From the NCBI GenBank assembly GCA_964640155.1, contig CAZXEQ010000001.1:276403-308402 (forward strand): a stretch of DNA of 32,000 nt, read 5' to 3'. The notes beneath the pieces are model-generated. The model ran no database searches. It saw only the letters and a list, made by a program, of their open reading frames with translations, and had not been told where the DNA came from. This DNA is from an uncultured bacterium. GTDB lineage: Bacteria > Auribacterota > JACPWU01. The number at the start of each line of letters is the position of its first letter. Position 1 is the first letter of the stretch. Of this stretch, positions 23,765 to 32,000 are shown piece after piece. Both the position numbers and the translations under genes were made by a program.

Positions 23765-26658
23765 AAATAGTCGACCCTTTGAAAGAAAAAAATTCTCAAG
23801 GCATCGCTCTGATTCTTGTCATGGGGACTCTTGCACTACTCACAGTTCTTGCAGTTTCTTTTACCACATTGATGCGCCATGAAGAAAAATCTAGCCGGGG
23901 ATCATTTCAATTTATTGAAACTCGTGAGCTTGCTACGGCCGGACTTCAATACGCCATCTCTATTTTAACAAAAGATTTAAATGACGATCAAACTTCTAAT
24001 CAACTTTATGATGCTTTTGATGAGGATTGGATTACCCTTTTTACAGGAACAAGTGTTGATTTAGACCAAGACGGAACTTCAGACTCACGATGGATTAACA
24101 TTCATGAAAATGGAATTCTGATCGGCCGTTATGCCATATGCATTCAGGACGAAGCTGGGAAAGTCAATATCAACACAGCCGCTTCAACCTCTCAAAATGA
24201 AGGATGGTCTCCTTATGAAACCAACATGGCTGTTTTGCCCGGTTTAAGCTCAACACTTGCGAGTAATATTCGTAACTATCGGTATGGAGCCAATACTGTC
24301 CCAGGGCTGAACTCCAGTCAACTCGCACCCGATGGGGATGACGATGAAACCTCACTTCCCTTTCGTAATGACGGCATTGACAACGATGGAGATGGATCTA
24401 TCGATGAAATTACTGAAGGAGAAGATGATCCTATTGAATTTAATCCTGAAATTCCCTATGGAGATGATCAACCTTACTCCTCTATTGAAGAATTAGATAA
24501 AGCCAGTAGCAGCTTAACTTCAAGTAATGTTAAAACGCTTAAAAATTATACAACTATCTCCAGTTATGATCTCAATCAATATTGGAATGGGGCTTGGTCT
24601 AAGAAAGTTAATTTAAATCATCTTCTCACCACAGACTCTCTTTACAATTTAGTTCAGGGATCTTCTGGATCTAATTCATTCAGACTTACAGCCAATATGA
24701 TTGACTCTTTGGATCGAGATAATTATCCCACAGCAAAATGGTCTTCCAGTGCTTCATTCAATTCAACTAATGCTTATATCGGGCTAGAAGGACTTCAATT
24801 TAATGAAGTCATGAGACAAACCAAATGGTTTGCTGGAGAAAACAGTACGGCTGATCGTACAGGTTCTGGGTGGAGTGCTTTTTCAACAGAAGACAGGGGA
24901 AATGAAGGAACAACAGGCCAATGGTCCTGGCCATGGGATAATGGAACTTATAACATGAGAATTTATGCGCGTACAGAGGCTGCAACCCCTGTCACTTATA
25001 CGTTGGAAACACTTTCAGGATCTGTAACAACACTTCCCACCCAGGTGAACAATGTGACTGTTTCAGGAGGCAGAATTAATTTACAACTTCTTGCCCCTAC
25101 TCAATCGGGCGGAGGACAACAATATTCCTATTTTGACAAAATTGAAGTTCAGGCTGGGAAATACATTGAAATCATCAACATCAGTCAAAGAGCTGTCACT
25201 GTTGATAAAACAGGAAGCGATTCTTGGAATCTTTATTTCGGAGGGTCTCTCAGTGCCCCCTCTGCTGATGGACTTCCTGCAAGACAAAGTGGAGGAACAG
25301 CTCTTGCCCTATCTGGAGCAACTTATCCCACCAGTGGAGATATTACTTTATGGTCGGCAGCTCCTACCACCTATCGCTATTTAATTATTGCAGACAGTCT
25401 TTATGGACTCGATGCCACTTATGGCAATAATAATGGGTCATGGTCCGGTGGATCTGCTCCAGAATCAGAAAGACTTTTAGTTCTTCCACAACTTTTGTCT
25501 AATCTCAATTCTGGCACAGACCTCACACTCACAGACTCTCAAGGTAATGTTATTGCGTATGCACCTGCTACAGCGCAATTTAATATTCTAGGATTTGATG
25601 ATGCTACCCTGGCTACTTATCAAAGTTTTTCTAGATCTTCACCTGTCAATCAACAAAGTGCATGGACCACTTCTACAGCCACAAACGAACAAACACCCGG
25701 AAGAAATAATAATGGAGTGACACAAAGTAATACGGGAGAAAATAAATATTGGTTGATCAAAGATCGCCCCTTTGCCAGCATCGGAGAATTAGGAGATGTA
25801 TTTTTAGGAACTCAAAATAATCAGACTTATGATTTGGAAACATCTGGAAATTATCTGGATAAAATAACCCTAGCAGCTAAACGATTGGAAGCTGAAAATG
25901 CAAACTCTATTTCCTGGAGTAACTCAGAAACAGCTTCTGATCAGGATGGAACCACACGCTATGTTGCTTCCAATAGTAATCGCACACTTGCAAGATGGGA
26001 TTGGACGTTTGACATCAGCATTACTACCGACATCAGCAAACCTTTTCGACTTAAAAGTAATACTTCTTATGACATGATTGCATATGGGCAATTCGCAAGC
26101 AATTTTGAATCCCCCAGTGGAACATCTCGTTGGGTAAAACCTAATCACAGCTCTGCTCTAGACTCTCAAACGGTTGGTAATCTCATAACCAACGGTATTC
26201 GTTTCGATGCTTATGGAAATACTTCCGTAATTCCTAAATTTGATTTTTTAATTTTAACTCCAGACCCTTATACCTGGGGCAAAATCAATATTAATACAGC
26301 TTCCAGCACTGTTCTTCAAAGTTTAAAAGGTATTAGTAGTACGCTTGCCTCAAACATTGTCAGTTATCGCCCTTTATCGAATAGCAATCCTTTTAATACC
26401 ATACAAGAGTTGATGTCCGTTTCAGGGATTGATGAAACGGAGTTTAAGCCAATTGCCAATCTTATTACTGTACGTAGTGACGTTTTTAGAGTCATTGTAA
26501 GAGCTGAGAAAATTGTCGATGCTAATAACAACGGTACCGTTGATTCTGGGGAAAATATTTCAACCATTACATTAGATGCGATTGTAGATCGTAATCCTTC
26601 CGTCCGTGATCCTGGTACAACGGATAAACACAGAATTGAATCATTGAGATATGAGTAA
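23761..26658 (+). CDS. Giant GspK-like minor pseudopilin (paralog 2, 965 aa) with inserted beta-sandwich/LTD-like modules
   Basis: NSQG|IALILVMGTLALLTVLAV, IQDEAGKVNINTAA, GKININTASSTVLQSLKGISSTLASNIVSYR, LITVRSDVFRVIV. Collinear with paralog 1 along its whole length. AAGGAGA SD. Translationally coupled to the gspJ-like gene. Confidence 0.75.
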   Translation: MKIVDPLKEKNSQGIALILVMGTLALLTVLAVSFTTLMRHEEKSSRGSFQFIETRELATAGLQYAISILTKDLNDDQTSNQLYDAFDEDWITLFTGTSVDLDQDGTSDSRWINIHENGILIGRYAICIQDEAGKVNINTAASTSQNEGWSPYETNMAVLPGLSSTLASNIRNYRYGANTVPGLNSSQLAPDGDDDETSLPFRNDGIDNDGDGSIDEITEGEDDPIEFNPEIPYGDDQPYSSIEELDKASSSLTSSNVKTLKNYTTISSYDLNQYWNGAWSKKVNLNHLLTTDSLYNLVQGSSGSNSFRLTANMIDSLDRDNYPTAKWSSSASFNSTNAYIGLEGLQFNEVMRQTKWFAGENSTADRTGSGWSAFSTEDRGNEGTTGQWSWPWDNGTYNMRIYARTEAATPVTYTLETLSGSVTTLPTQVNNVTVSGGRINLQLLAPTQSGGGQQYSYFDKIEVQAGKYIEIINISQRAVTVDKTGSDSWNLYFGGSLSAPSADGLPARQSGGTALALSGATYPTSGDITLWSAAPTTYRYLIIADSLYGLDATYGNNNGSWSGGSAPESERLLVLPQLLSNLNSGTDLTLTDSQGNVIAYAPATAQFNILGFDDATLATYQSFSRSSPVNQQSAWTTSTATNEQTPGRNNNGVTQSNTGENKYWLIKDRPFASIGELGDVFLGTQNNQTYDLETSGNYLDKITLAAKRLEAENANSISWSNSETASDQDGTTRYVASNSNRTLARWDWTFDISITTDISKPFRLKSNTSYDMIAYGQFASNFESPSGTSRWVKPNHSSALDSQTVGNLITNGIRFDAYGNTSVIPKFDFLILTPDPYTWGKININTASSTVLQSLKGISSTLASNIVSYRPLSNSNPFNTIQELMSVSGIDETEFKPIANLITVRSDVFRVIVRAEKIVDANNNGTVDSGENISTITLDAIVDRNPSVRDPGTTDKHRIESLRYE

Positions 26659-26674
26659 AAAGCTATAACGCGAA

Positions 26675-27652
26675 CTACTGCCTTGAAAGCATCTCACAAG
26701 CAGTTTGAAATGCTTGTTTGACCTCTAAATCCTTCATACATTCATGTGTTTGAATACGGCAAAATCCCTCCATACATGGAGAACATGGGATTTCGAGTCG
26801 CACAACACGATGGAGACAACCATAAGGGCCATAAATTTTAGGGTCGGTCGGACCAAAAATAGCCAAAACAGGACAATTGACGGCCACAGCTAAATGCATG
26901 GGGCCCGAATCATTTGCAATAAAAAGTTTTGCTTTCTTGAGGAGAGCCGCAACTTGCATTAAAGAAAGTTCTCCTGTTAATTGAATGACTTCCGAAGAAA
27001 AAACCTTCTTAAACTCCTCACGATCTTCTTTGGGACCCACAACCACCATCGTAAGAGAATATTTTTCTTTCAATTGCTCAGCCAATTGAGCAAATTTCGA
27101 AGCTTCCCATCTTTTTAACCGATTGGCAGCCCCTGGCCCTAAAACAATATAGGAAGAACCAACGCTCATTCCTTTTTTTAAAAGAATTTCTTGCATTTCT
27201 ACCCCAAAAGATTCAAGTCGAGGTAATGCAAATGTAGCAGGGCCCTCAATTCCCAAGGTTTTCAAACGCGCCAGATGTCTAAATACAGCATGACCTTCTA
27301 CTTTCTTTTTCAAAATAGGTGTTGAGAAACGAGGACGTATAAAAATAGGAATGGCCGTATTTTTTAAATCAATCACCAAATCAAATTTTTCTTTTTTGAG
27401 CTGCATCATCAAAACCAGTTTCTCTCTAAGGCGCGTATGTTTGTCATAGATAATTGTTTTTTCTAGATACGGATGGTTTTCAAAAATCTCTTGAGCCCGA
27501 GGTCCTACCATTGCTGTAATACTCGCGTTCTTAAAAAAAAGACGTGTTAGATGAAGGCTGGGGGTCGTTAAAATCGCATCCCCAATATTGCTGAGCGAAA
27601 TAAAAAGGATTTTTTTTATTTCTCGAGGATCGATGTGTTTCATACAGGACAA
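26675..27652 (-). CDS. Glycosyltransferase family 9 (LPS heptosyltransferase-like)
   Basis: ILFISLSNIGDAILTTPSL N-terminal motif and NDSGPMHLAVAVNCPVLAIFGPTDP C-terminal motif, both typical of GT9. Confidence 0.85.
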   Translation of the reverse strand: MSCMKHIDPREIKKILFISLSNIGDAILTTPSLHLTRLFFKNASITAMVGPRAQEIFENHPYLEKTIIYDKHTRLREKLVLMMQLKKEKFDLVIDLKNTAIPIFIRPRFSTPILKKKVEGHAVFRHLARLKTLGIEGPATFALPRLESFGVEMQEILLKKGMSVGSSYIVLGPGAANRLKRWEASKFAQLAEQLKEKYSLTMVVVGPKEDREEFKKVFSSEVIQLTGELSLMQVAALLKKAKLFIANDSGPMHLAVAVNCPVLAIFGPTDPKIYGPYGCLHRVVRLEIPCSPCMEGFCRIQTHECMKDLEVKQAFQTACEMLSRQ

Positions 27653-29733
27653 TCTTCATGCTTGATGATTTTCTGAATTTCCTGAAAAACCTGATTGACA
27701 CTTATTTTTTCAAGACAATCATGCGTTACTATTTTGCAGATAGGAGAATAACACGGAGCGCAAGGGACCGGATGCGTTAAAACTTTTACATTACCAGGGG
27801 GAACATGCCTCAAAGGCTCTGTAGGGCCAAACAAAGCAATAGCAGGAGTTCCTACGGCCGCTGCCAAATGAAGTGGCGCAGAATCTCCTCCAATCCAAAG
27901 TTGACATCTTCTCAAAAATTCTGACAGCACACCCAAATCCAATTGCCCAATAAGATTTAAATATTTTATTTCTAATCCTGACAAAAGTTCCTGAGCATCT
28001 TTTTCATCTTCTTTTCCCCCAATAAAAACAGGGATAGCTTTCAATCGCTGAGAAACAAGCTTTGCCAACTCTCTAAAATGTTCAAACCCCCATCGTTTGG
28101 TTTGCCATCGGACATTCGAAAAAGGGAAAAGAGCAATCAAAGTATTGCTGGATGAGAGCTGATGAACTTTAAAAAAATCTTCAACCCATTCTTTTTGTTG
28201 TGGAGAATTCCACATTTCTAAATAAACATCTTGATGAGAGATTCCTAAAAGCTGAAGCAATCGATTTTGACTTTCAATAGGGCCTACATCTTTTTGATAA
28301 GGAATGTGATGTGTCAGAAGAAATCCCCTTCCCTGGCGACCGAATCCCACTCGAACAGGGATACGACTTAAAAAACCTAAAAGATGAGATTTTTCGTTAT
28401 TTTGAAGATCAATCAAAATATCAAATCGCCGAATTTTGATTTCATGCAAAAGCTTAAAAAAGCTCTTTAGATTAACCTTTTTAGGAAAAATTATTTTTTC
28501 TTCAAGATACGGACAATGTTCGACCACTTTTTGATAAGCCTCTTGAACCAAAAGGCTCACATGCGAATTAGGATAGTTTTTTTTTAGAGCACGAAAGGTG
28601 GGGCTTGCAAGAATAACATCTCCTAAAGCACTTGATTTAATCACAAGAATTCTCGGGATTTTCAAAAGCTCTTCATAAACCTCTAAAGTTCTTTTGACCA
28701 TTAGATTTAAATTAAACTTTTCTTCGACAGAATGTCTTGCCTCTTGTATGACAGAGCTCAGGCTTTCTGGATTTTTTAAAACTTGAATCATTTGTTCCGC
28801 CAAAGTCTGCGCGTCTTGGGGAGGAACAAGCCAACCATTCTTTCTATGCTCAATGATATCTACCACACCTCCAACACGTGTGGCTATGACAGGCACACCC
28901 ACAGCTTGAGCTTCTACCAAAACTCGACCAAACGCCTCCGGTGTAGTCGTCGCCAAAACCAAAAGATCCAAATCCTTCATCGCCTCATAGACATTCTGTG
29001 TGCCAGGAAGAAAATCGACATACGAAGAAAGTCCTAAATTTTCTCGAAGCTTTAGAAGGCCCTGATAATAATTTTGTTTTGAGGCAGGCGCATCTCCAAT
29101 GACAAAACCCTTTGCATCAGGAAAAGTCTTAATCACTTCCTTCATAGCCATTAAAAAAAATTCATGACCTTTGAGAGGCGTAATACGACCTAAAATTCCA
29201 ATATGAGGAGTCTTAAAATTGATTGATTTAGAATAAAAAGGAAATTTCTTTAAATCAACCCCTCTTGGAATTAACCGAATTCTTTCATTAGAAACACCAA
29301 AATTATGAAGCAAATGTTCACGAATCGCTTCAGAAACCGCAATAACTCTTTCTCCCCATCCCATGACACGACTTCCCCAGTGAGGACGATAATAACCATG
29401 CGCTGTCGTCACAAATCTTGCAGAAGTTCCTCGAACAGCAAGCCATGCAACCCAAGCTGGTGCACGAGATCGGGCATGCACAATTTCAATTTTTTCATTT
29501 TGAATAATTCTTTTCAAAGCTCGCGATGAAGACCAAATACTCCAAAGAGATTTACGATGAACAGGAAGTTCAATATGACGAACCCCCACTTTTTCGAGAG
29601 ACTGGACCAAAGGTCCTCCCGCACTAACAACAAAAGCTGAATGTCCTAACCGGACAAGCTCACATGCCAAATCCAGCGTGCCTGTTTCAACACCCCCCAT
29701 TTTCATTTGAGGAACAATTTGTAAAATCCTCAT
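27640..29733 (-). CDS. Fusion protein: N-terminal GT4 glycosyltransferase plus C-terminal GT9 heptosyltransferase-like domain
   Basis: aa 1-360 carry GT4 hallmarks (MRILQIV....GG.E, EAFGRVLVEAQAVGVPVIATRVGG). aa 360-697 carry GT9 hallmarks (ILVIKSSALGDVILASPTF, GGDSAPLHLAAAVGTPAIALFGPT). Confidence 0.8.
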   Translation of the reverse strand: MRILQIVPQMKMGGVETGTLDLACELVRLGHSAFVVSAGGPLVQSLEKVGVRHIELPVHRKSLWSIWSSSRALKRIIQNEKIEIVHARSRAPAWVAWLAVRGTSARFVTTAHGYYRPHWGSRVMGWGERVIAVSEAIREHLLHNFGVSNERIRLIPRGVDLKKFPFYSKSINFKTPHIGILGRITPLKGHEFFLMAMKEVIKTFPDAKGFVIGDAPASKQNYYQGLLKLRENLGLSSYVDFLPGTQNVYEAMKDLDLLVLATTTPEAFGRVLVEAQAVGVPVIATRVGGVVDIIEHRKNGWLVPPQDAQTLAEQMIQVLKNPESLSSVIQEARHSVEEKFNLNLMVKRTLEVYEELLKIPRILVIKSSALGDVILASPTFRALKKNYPNSHVSLLVQEAYQKVVEHCPYLEEKIIFPKKVNLKSFFKLLHEIKIRRFDILIDLQNNEKSHLLGFLSRIPVRVGFGRQGRGFLLTHHIPYQKDVGPIESQNRLLQLLGISHQDVYLEMWNSPQQKEWVEDFFKVHQLSSSNTLIALFPFSNVRWQTKRWGFEHFRELAKLVSQRLKAIPVFIGGKEDEKDAQELLSGLEIKYLNLIGQLDLGVLSEFLRRCQLWIGGDSAPLHLAAAVGTPAIALFGPTEPLRHVPPGNVKVLTHPVPCAPCYSPICKIVTHDCLEKISVNQVFQEIQKIIKHEDCPV

Positions 29734-31661
29734 GATTTTACCTGCGAGGGAGACTCAAATAATCTTAAAATTTCTTGCTGAACTAAGAGGGTTTCCTGAG
29801 AATCTATTTCTTTTTTACCCATTTCATTTTTAAGATTTTCTAAAATAGGAGCAAGATCTTTAGGCCAACATCGTCGAATTCGACCTGACTTTTCAAAAGC
29901 ATTTAATGTTATTTCATATTTTAAGGGACGAGAACTCTTCTGAGGCAAGCGTATCGTAATAACAAAACATCCTGAATGAATAGCTTCCATGATCATGGAA
30001 AAACTATCCTCTGTCACCAACACTATCTCCGCAAGTCCTAAAACTCCAGGGATTGGATTTTCAGGATAATCTTTAGCACATAAGAGATGGACATGCTTTT
30101 GTTGTCCCAATTTTCTTTCAAAAATCTGCTCTATTTCTAAAGGCGTACGCCGAGAAGTTGCCATTAGAATTTGTGTAGAATTTTTCTCACATATGTTTAA
30201 GAGAAAATCTACCAAAACTTCCATCTCAGACGCCTTCATTTCTAAGCGCTCTGAATCTCCACCGATTAAAACCCCTATTTTTCTTCCAACATCTAAACTT
30301 AATTTATCTGAAAGAATTTTTGTAGACCTATCCGCTATTTCCTTTGAAACAAGTGTAGGCATACCCTGGAGGATTAAAACATTTTTTGCATTTAAACTCG
30401 AATATGAATCATGCGTAGGCAAAACAACCAAATCAAATAATTTTTCTGGATGAGAAACTCCCGATTTCATTAACAGAACTGTTTTTGCTTCATAATAATG
30501 TTTCAAGAAAAAAGCAACCGGAGCACTCAGAGAGCCACAAGCTAAAATCAAAGAGGGAGACCAAATAGGTAATTGCTGAAGAGAATCTTTAGACAAACAC
30601 CAACGTAAAAGTTTCATCGAATGGAGCCCAAAAAATAGACTCAAGCTGACCATAAAACGATGAAAAGAAGATTTGAAGTGAATAAAACAAATATTCTTCT
30701 CCCAATCAGGAAACCCATTTGCAATTGCTAAAATTTGATTAAAATGTCCGGGCTTCCCATCATTTAAAAGCAGCATCTTCTTTTCATATCGAGTGATTTC
30801 TCCTGGAGGACGTGTTTTCCAACGACGATGAAGCCATAACCACTGAGAAGGATCTTCTCGAATAAAGTTTTCAAGAGATAGAGTAAATCTTTCCAAAACA
30901 ATTTTTTCCTGCTCATCTAGGCTTAATCCATCTAATCCTTCTGTTAAATCCTTCCCAATAAAAGCTCGATATTCCAGACGATCTGAGAGCCTACGTAAAA
31001 AGCCAGGTAAAATTGGGACTCCATATTTCAAACCTAAACGAATAATGCCAGTTGGAGTCGAAGCAAGCCTTCCAAAAAAAGGAGCAAAAGTCCCACGCAC
31101 TCCCCCATCCTGATCTACCAAAGCGCCCACCGTATGACCTTGATCAAAAGCTCCTACAATATGACGAATCTGTCCTTTGCTAATAACATTAACATTGTAA
31201 CGAGCACGAATCGACTGAATCCAATTTTGAACTTTTTTATTTTTAACATCACGTGCAACTACCGAGTTAATAAACCCCGCCCATCGACCTAATTTTGCTA
31301 AAAGCTCCCAGTTTCCAGAATGTCCTGTGAGAAAAAGAATCGCTTTCCCAGACTTTTTTGCCTTTTGAAGATGCTCATATCCTTCTTCAAATATATGATC
31401 GCGCCAAGCATGAGGATTTTTTTGAGACAAAATTAAAACTTCACATCCGACAAGAACTAAATTCTGAAAAACTCTTTTTGTAATATTACGAATCTGGTCT
31501 TGCGTATATTCAGGAAAAGCATTTCTCAAATTCGTAAAAGCAATGTTACGATGCTTTCGATCTATCCAATAAAAAATACACCCCAATCCCCTTCCCAATT
31601 TCATCAAGAAGGCTACAGGCGAGATTTTCGCCAAAAAATCAAGAAAATGGAGTAGGAACAT
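29730..31661 (-). CDS. Fusion protein: lipid A late acyltransferase (LpxL/HtrB family) plus C-terminal ELM1/DUF1022-like domain
   Basis: The N-terminal 290 aa contain ..NL..AFPE, the FLTGHSGNWELLA active-site H-x4-E/D motif and the ending ..P.QWLW.HRRWK. The C-terminal 350 aa resemble the ELM1/GtrOC1-type putative glycosyltransferase family (LLNDGKPGH.NQ..., VLIGG). Confidence 0.7.
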   Translation of the reverse strand: MFLLHFLDFLAKISPVAFLMKLGRGLGCIFYWIDRKHRNIAFTNLRNAFPEYTQDQIRNITKRVFQNLVLVGCEVLILSQKNPHAWRDHIFEEGYEHLQKAKKSGKAILFLTGHSGNWELLAKLGRWAGFINSVVARDVKNKKVQNWIQSIRARYNVNVISKGQIRHIVGAFDQGHTVGALVDQDGGVRGTFAPFFGRLASTPTGIIRLGLKYGVPILPGFLRRLSDRLEYRAFIGKDLTEGLDGLSLDEQEKIVLERFTLSLENFIREDPSQWLWLHRRWKTRPPGEITRYEKKMLLLNDGKPGHFNQILAIANGFPDWEKNICFIHFKSSFHRFMVSLSLFFGLHSMKLLRWCLSKDSLQQLPIWSPSLILACGSLSAPVAFFLKHYYEAKTVLLMKSGVSHPEKLFDLVVLPTHDSYSSLNAKNVLILQGMPTLVSKEIADRSTKILSDKLSLDVGRKIGVLIGGDSERLEMKASEMEVLVDFLLNICEKNSTQILMATSRRTPLEIEQIFERKLGQQKHVHLLCAKDYPENPIPGVLGLAEIVLVTEDSFSMIMEAIHSGCFVITIRLPQKSSRPLKYEITLNAFEKSGRIRRCWPKDLAPILENLKNEMGKKEIDSQETLLVQQEILRLFESPSQVKS

Positions 31662-31672
31662 GTAAAAACCGA

Positions 31673-31762
31673 GTTAAGAGTTAAGGGCTAAGAGTTATGG
31701 GGTTAAGAGCTAGAACGTTCGATGTGGCTTTTACTTAGCCCATAGTCCTTAACTCTTAGCCC
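31673..31762. repeat. Inverted pair of heptamer arrays (GYTAAGR units) between lpxK and the LpxL-fusion gene
   Basis: The + strand reads GTTAAGA GTTAAGG GCTAAGA GTTATGG GGTTAAGA GCTAGAA. The minus strand after the lpxK stop reads GCTAAGA GTTAAGG ACTATGG GCTAAGT. GGGCTAAGAGTTA (31684-96) is the exact complement of TAACTCTTAGCCC (31750-62). Confidence 0.75.
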
Positions 31763-31766
31763 TATT

Positions 31767-32000
31767 TTAGTAGTAACAAATATTGTGCACAAAATCATTA
31801 AAATCCGAAGCCCCCTTCACCAGCTTAATTTCAACTCTCAAATAAAGAAGCCTTACACCATCCAACGGAAAACTGGGGATTCGAACTGCATCTTTTTCTG
31901 TTGTTACAATAATTTGAATACCTTGGGCCTTTGTCTTAGCTACAATATCTTTCAGTTCTCGTCGATGATAGCGATGATGATCTCTAAACCGAAAAGATAA
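31767..32000 (-). CDS. lpxK: Tetraacyldisaccharide 4'-kinase LpxK, C-terminal fragment (start lies beyond the window end)
   Basis: Not in the ORF track. The reverse complement from 32000 reads LSFRFRDHHRYHRRELKDIVAKTKAQGIQIIVTTEKDAVRIPSFPLDGVRLLYLRVEIKLVKGASDFNDFVHNICYY*, with the stop at 31769-31767. F.DHH.Y and TTEKDAV.. are the conserved LpxK C-terminal motifs. Co-directional with the downstream lipid A/LPS genes. Confidence 0.8.
   Translation of the reverse strand, partial: LSFRFRDHHRYHRRELKDIVAKTKAQGIQIIVTTEKDAVRIPSFPLDGVRLLYLRVEIKLVKGASDFNDFVHNICYY

Noticed and set aside
18243-26567. Short ORFs inside or antisense to the pseudopilin genes (for example 18243-18467, 18697-18915, 19299-19505, 19577-19801, 20259-20606, 20839-21057, 21233-21493, 21383-21598, 21643-21879, 21828-22016, 23061-23270, 23423-23626, 24170-24355, 25081-25384, 25924-26148, 26364-26567)
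   Set aside because: All are nested in longer ORFs that carry recognisable family motifs. They have no independent signals and are typical shadow ORFs. The same applies elsewhere to 4118-4309, 7401-7598, 7875-8069, 8169-8393, 9367-9558, 11258-11598, 12157-12447, 14010-14282, 28783-29037, 29305-29529 and 30193-30453.
18107-26658. Diversity-generating retroelement or cassette-type variation between the two giant paralogs
   Set aside because: No reverse transcriptase is present. No near-identical template/variable repeat pair exists at the nucleotide level. The paralogs are diverged along their whole length.
31785-32000. Track ORF 31785-32000 (+), 71 aa
   Set aside because: It is a shadow of the minus-strand lpxK C-terminus, which has clear family motifs (F.DHH.Y, TTEKDAV). 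The + frame gives low-complexity sequence from a GTG start.

Overview
AT-rich chromosomal window from a diderm bacterium, shown by a TolC-type efflux operon and lipid A/LPS-core genes. I cannot assign taxonomy from sequence alone. Most of the window is housekeeping: DD-carboxypeptidase, HpnA-like epimerase, GH57 glycosidase, HU, MDR oxidoreductase, RlmD-like, RlmN, AcpS, MazG, YfcH-like, RsmE and DnaJ. A heavy-metal-type efflux operon (Cys-rich protein, TolC-like, adaptor) lies at the left edge. An LPS operon (lpxK, LpxL-ELM1 fusion, GT4-GT9 fusion, GT9) lies at the right edge. The unusual part is 17.85-26.66 kb, a type II secretion / type IV pilus-like pseudopilin block (GspG, H, I, J-like). 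It is bracketed by two paralogous, roughly 1000-aa GspK-like proteins whose extra length looks like adhesin or beta-sandwich modules and Ca-binding loops. No secretin, ATPase, platform or prepilin peptidase gene is present in the window. A GC-rich structured RNA element with compensatory base changes occurs three times on the + strand: before the first giant GspK-like gene, exactly at the GspH|GspI boundary, and before the DD-carboxypeptidase gene. I could not match it to any riboswitch or ribozyme class I know. Many gene boundaries also carry 7-nt-periodic tandem arrays, often as inverted pairs forming long imperfect hairpins. Two truncated edge genes (adaptor, lpxK) are missing from the ORF track. 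Several track ORFs are N-terminally over-extended or are shadow ORFs.
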